64,000 nt of DNA from positions 114,146 to 178,145 of the forward strand of contig JANNXA010000027.1 of NCBI GenBank assembly GCA_031409275.1. The letters run 5' to 3'. The notes beneath the pieces were generated by a model. The model did not search any database. It was not told the DNA's origin and worked only from the letters and a program-made list of their open reading frames with translations. Below, one piece after another: positions 61,088 to 64,000 of the stretch. The stretch is from Planctomycetota bacterium (GTDB lineage: Bacteria; Planctomycetota; B15-G4; SIAN01). The position numbers and the translations under genes were made by a program. The stretch's first letter is position 1; each line of letters opens with the position of its first letter.

Positions 61088-62052
61088 GCGAGACTGCGTC
61101 ACCGCTCTGCACGGTGGTGGTGCCGACGCTCGATGCCGGTCCCGACTTCGCGGAGACGCTTGCCGCGCTGCGCGGGCAGGCGGACGTCGGCACGGTCGAA
61201 CTGATCGTGATCGACAGCGAGAGCCGCGATGCAACGCCGCGCCTCGCGAAAGAGGCGGGTGCATGCGTCCGAACGGTCGCCCGCGCGACCTTCAACCACG
61301 GCTACACCCGCGACCTCGGCGCGGCGCTGGCCCGCGGTCGCTTCATCGCGTTCCTCACTCAGGACGCGCTGCCGGCGAGCCCGCACTGGCTGGCGACGCT
61401 GGTCGACGCGCTCGAGCGCGAGGCCGCGGTGGGAGCCTACAGCCGCGTGCTGCCGCGCCCCGGCTGCTCGCCCCTGGTCGAGCGCAACGTGCGCGGCGAT
61501 CTGGTCTTCTCGATGCAGCGAATGGTGAAGCGCAAGAGTGCGGAGGAGTTCGCCCGCCTCTCGCCGTTCGAGCGCCGCGTCTTCTGCCACTTCAACAACG
61601 TCGCGTCGTGCGTGCGTCGCGACTACTTCGCGCGGTCGCCGTTTCCGGTGTTGCCCTTCGGCGAGGATCTCGCGTGGGGGACGCGGGCGATCGAACAGGG
61701 CGAGACGCTCGTCTACGAGCCGCAGTCGGTCGTGATCCACTCGCACGCGAGCGCGCTGCGCGAGGACTTCAGCCGTCATCGCGCCGACGCGTTGCTCATG
61801 CGAACGCTCTTCGGGCTGCGCAATCGCGACGGTTGGCGCGACTGCCTCCCCGCCTGGTGGCGCGAAGTCGTCGCCGACGTTCGCGCGTTGGCGAAGAGCG
61901 GACGGCCGCTCGCCGAGCAGGCGCGGCTGCTGCTCTACAGCCCTCTGTTGCGGGGCGCACAGCTGGCCGGTCAGCTCGCGGGCAGCCACGGGCCTGCCGT
62001 GGCGCCGGCTCGCTGGCTCACCGGACTGCCGTCGCTCGAATCGCGTGCTTGA
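61084..62052 (+). CDS. Glycosyltransferase family 2 (rhamnosyltransferase-like)
   Basis: VVVPT, IDSES.D.T, FNHG.TR, FLTQDA, FGED..W and VIHSH. GTGA overlap with the upstream gene. Confidence 0.88.
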   Translation: MSETASPLCTVVVPTLDAGPDFAETLAALRGQADVGTVELIVIDSESRDATPRLAKEAGACVRTVARATFNHGYTRDLGAALARGRFIAFLTQDALPASPHWLATLVDALEREAAVGAYSRVLPRPGCSPLVERNVRGDLVFSMQRMVKRKSAEEFARLSPFERRVFCHFNNVASCVRRDYFARSPFPVLPFGEDLAWGTRAIEQGETLVYEPQSVVIHSHASALREDFSRHRADALLMRTLFGLRNRDGWRDCLPAWWREVVADVRALAKSGRPLAEQARLLLYSPLLRGAQLAGQLAGSHGPAVAPARWLTGLPSLESRA

Positions 62053-62116
62053 ACGGAAACCGCTTCCGATCGCGCATCGCCGCATGGCGTTTCTCGCCCC
62101 CTGAGCTACCTCCTCC

Positions 62117-63184
62117 ATGTTCGCCGAAGGAATCGACTTGAAGCGCCACTTCCTCTCCACCCTCGACTGGTCGCTGCCGGAGCTCGCCGAGCTGCTGCAG
62201 CGGGCGCGTCGCATCAAGTCGGGCGCCACGCGTCCCGACTTCCGCGGCAAGACGATGGCGATGCTCTTCTTCAACGCGTCGATGCGCACGCGAGTCTCCT
62301 TCGAGGCAGGGCTCGCGCGCTTCGGTGGTCATGCGATCCAGGTGCAGCCCGGCAAGGACGCCTACGTCTTCGAGCATCGCGACGGCGCGGTCATGGACGG
62401 CGCGACGCAGGAGCACGTGCGGGAAGTTGCACCGGTGCTGTCGCGCTACGTCGATGTCATCGGCATCCGCAAGTCCGACCTGATCACCACCGGCGCGACG
62501 ACTGCCGCGGTGACCGGTTCCTGGAACGACCTGCGCGGCGACGACTTCCTGCACGCGTTCGCGCGCCACGCGACGGTTCCGGTCGTGAACCTGGAGTCGA
62601 ACTTCGAGCATCCGTGCCAGGAGATCGCCGATCGACTCACGTTGGCCGAGAAGCTCGGCGACGCGCGCGGCAAGAAGTACGTGCTCACCTGGGCGTGGCA
62701 CCCGAAATCGCTGCCGCTGGCGACACCGCACAGCCAGCTGCTCTCCGCGGCGGCGCTCGGCATGGAGGTGGTTCACCTGCGGCCGCCCGGTTACGACCTC
62801 GACCCGCAAGTCGTTGCGACCGCGAAGGCGCGCGCCGAAGCGAGCGGCGGCTCGTTGACCGTGACGGACGACATCGATGGCGCCTTCCGCGGTGCTCACG
62901 CCGTGTGCGCGAAGTCGTACGGCGCCATCGGCTACTACGGCCGCTTCGACGACGAGCCGCGCGACAAGGCGGCGCTGCGCCAGCGCTGGATCGTCGACAG
63001 CGAGAAGATGAGCCGCACGGCGGATGCGATCTTCATGCACTGCTTGCCGGTTCGTCGCAACGTGAAAGTGACCGATCGCGTGATCGACGGCCCGCGCAGC
63101 GTGGTCGTCGATCAGGCGGAGAACCGATTGTGGGCCCAGTTGGCGCTCCTCGAGCGCCTCTTCGAGGAGTGGCGGATGCCATGA
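62117..63184 (+). CDS. argF': N-acetylornithine (or N-succinylornithine) carbamoyltransferase
   Basis: FFNASMRTR, HPCQ, YVLTWAWHPKSLP and HCLPVRRNVK distinguish the AOTCase/SOTCase group from classical OTCase. Confidence 0.88.
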   Translation: MFAEGIDLKRHFLSTLDWSLPELAELLQRARRIKSGATRPDFRGKTMAMLFFNASMRTRVSFEAGLARFGGHAIQVQPGKDAYVFEHRDGAVMDGATQEHVREVAPVLSRYVDVIGIRKSDLITTGATTAAVTGSWNDLRGDDFLHAFARHATVPVVNLESNFEHPCQEIADRLTLAEKLGDARGKKYVLTWAWHPKSLPLATPHSQLLSAAALGMEVVHLRPPGYDLDPQVVATAKARAEASGGSLTVTDDIDGAFRGAHAVCAKSYGAIGYYGRFDDEPRDKAALRQRWIVDSEKMSRTADAIFMHCLPVRRNVKVTDRVIDGPRSVVVDQAENRLWAQLALLERLFEEWRMP

Positions 63185-63927
63185 AGAAGACAAGTTCCGG
63201 GACTGGAAGGAGGAGAGCCGCGGCGCCGCCGCGCGCACCTTCCGTGCACCGGGACGGAAGTTCCTCGAACGAGACGCATCGTCGATCGACGCACGGGGCC
63301 GGTGCCGCTTTGAAGGCGGCGCCGCTCGTCCTCGAACCACCCATCGAGGTTCGCGTGGCGCGGCCTGCGGACGTCGCCTGGATCGCGCAGATCCAAGGAT
63401 TGATCCGCGAGGCGCACGAGGCCGGCGCGATCATCGCTCTGCGCGACCACGCCTACCTCACGCAGGCGATCCGTGATCGGCGTGCCGTCGTCGTCCTGCG
63501 AGCTGCGGCGTTGGTCGGCTTCGCGACCGCGCATCCGTGGGAGAGCGAGCGCTATGTCAGCCACTCCGCGATGGTGGTCGCTCCCGAGATGCGCGGGCGC
63601 GGCCTGGCGCGCAAAATGAAGCGCGCGTTGATCGAGCTGTCGCGAAAGCGCTGGCCCGACGCCGCGATCCTCTCGCTCACCCTGTCGCCGCAGGTCGAGC
63701 AGATGAACAAGTCGTTCGGTTTCGAGCCGGTGCCGTACTGCGACCTCACCAAGGACCCCGCATTCTGGAAGGGCTGCGAGAGTTGCATGCACTTCCAGCA
63801 TCTGAAACGCAACCAGCAGCAGGATTGCCACTGCTGGGCGGGATTGCTGGCGCCGGTGGGCCAGCAACGCGAGAAGGTCGTGCCGCGGGATGCGCACGGC
63901 CATCCTTCAGCGAGCAGCAACGCCTGA
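63181..63927 (+). CDS. GNAT N-acetyltransferase, candidate amino-acid N-acetyltransferase of the arg pathway
   Basis: VAPEMRGRGLAR (acyl-CoA motif A), SLT and FWKGCESC...CHC. ATGA-coupled to argF'. Confidence 0.75.
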   Translation: MKKTSSGTGRRRAAAPPRAPSVHRDGSSSNETHRRSTHGAGAALKAAPLVLEPPIEVRVARPADVAWIAQIQGLIREAHEAGAIIALRDHAYLTQAIRDRRAVVVLRAAALVGFATAHPWESERYVSHSAMVVAPEMRGRGLARKMKRALIELSRKRWPDAAILSLTLSPQVEQMNKSFGFEPVPYCDLTKDPAFWKGCESCMHFQHLKRNQQQDCHCWAGLLAPVGQQREKVVPRDAHGHPSASSNA

Positions 63928-64000
63928 GCGAGCGATCGAGCGGCCACGGTCGCGGGGGGGCGGGGCACGAACAACGCCCCCCCCCGGGCCAACACACCCC

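Noticed and set aside
63950..64000. G-run/C-run inverted repeat at the window end
   Set aside because: It is truncated by the edge, homopolymer-rich and has no T-tail. It may be low-quality sequence and cannot be interpreted.

Overview
High-GC bacterial chromosomal window. A Planctomycetota-like origin is my inference from gene content, not a verified assignment. It is densely coding, with about 50 genes and one tRNA-Met(CAT). Housekeeping genes include tal, gcvH/gcvP, an Mla-type ABC operon, queC, rpsO-pnp, a cold-shock protein, ruvC, ispDF, nth and argF'. Five less ordinary elements stand out. (1) A five-gene MglA/MglB-type small-GTPase operon (11661-17721), in which MglA carries a long Ala/Pro linker and a C-terminal hydrophobic tail anchor, together with three roadblock-domain proteins and a membrane-spanning DUF4388-TPR-propeller protein. 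(2) A ~1950-aa multi-pass membrane sigma54 enhancer-binding protein (CBM9-like/HAMP/GAF/degenerate GGDEF/AAA+/wHTH), directly upstream of a candidate sigma54 promoter, a shortened Skp-like protein and an orphan lipoprotein secretin, and divergent from a Gly-rich Ig-domain surface lipoprotein. (3) An integron integrase with intact catalytic motifs and no visible cassette array. (4) A stand-alone nuoB-C-D-I module. (5) A candidate structured small RNA with its own terminator next to the tRNA. A double-kinase-GT4 fusion coupled to a deacetylase is also present. All calls come from reading the sequence and recognising motifs; no database searches were run, and several start codons are approximate.
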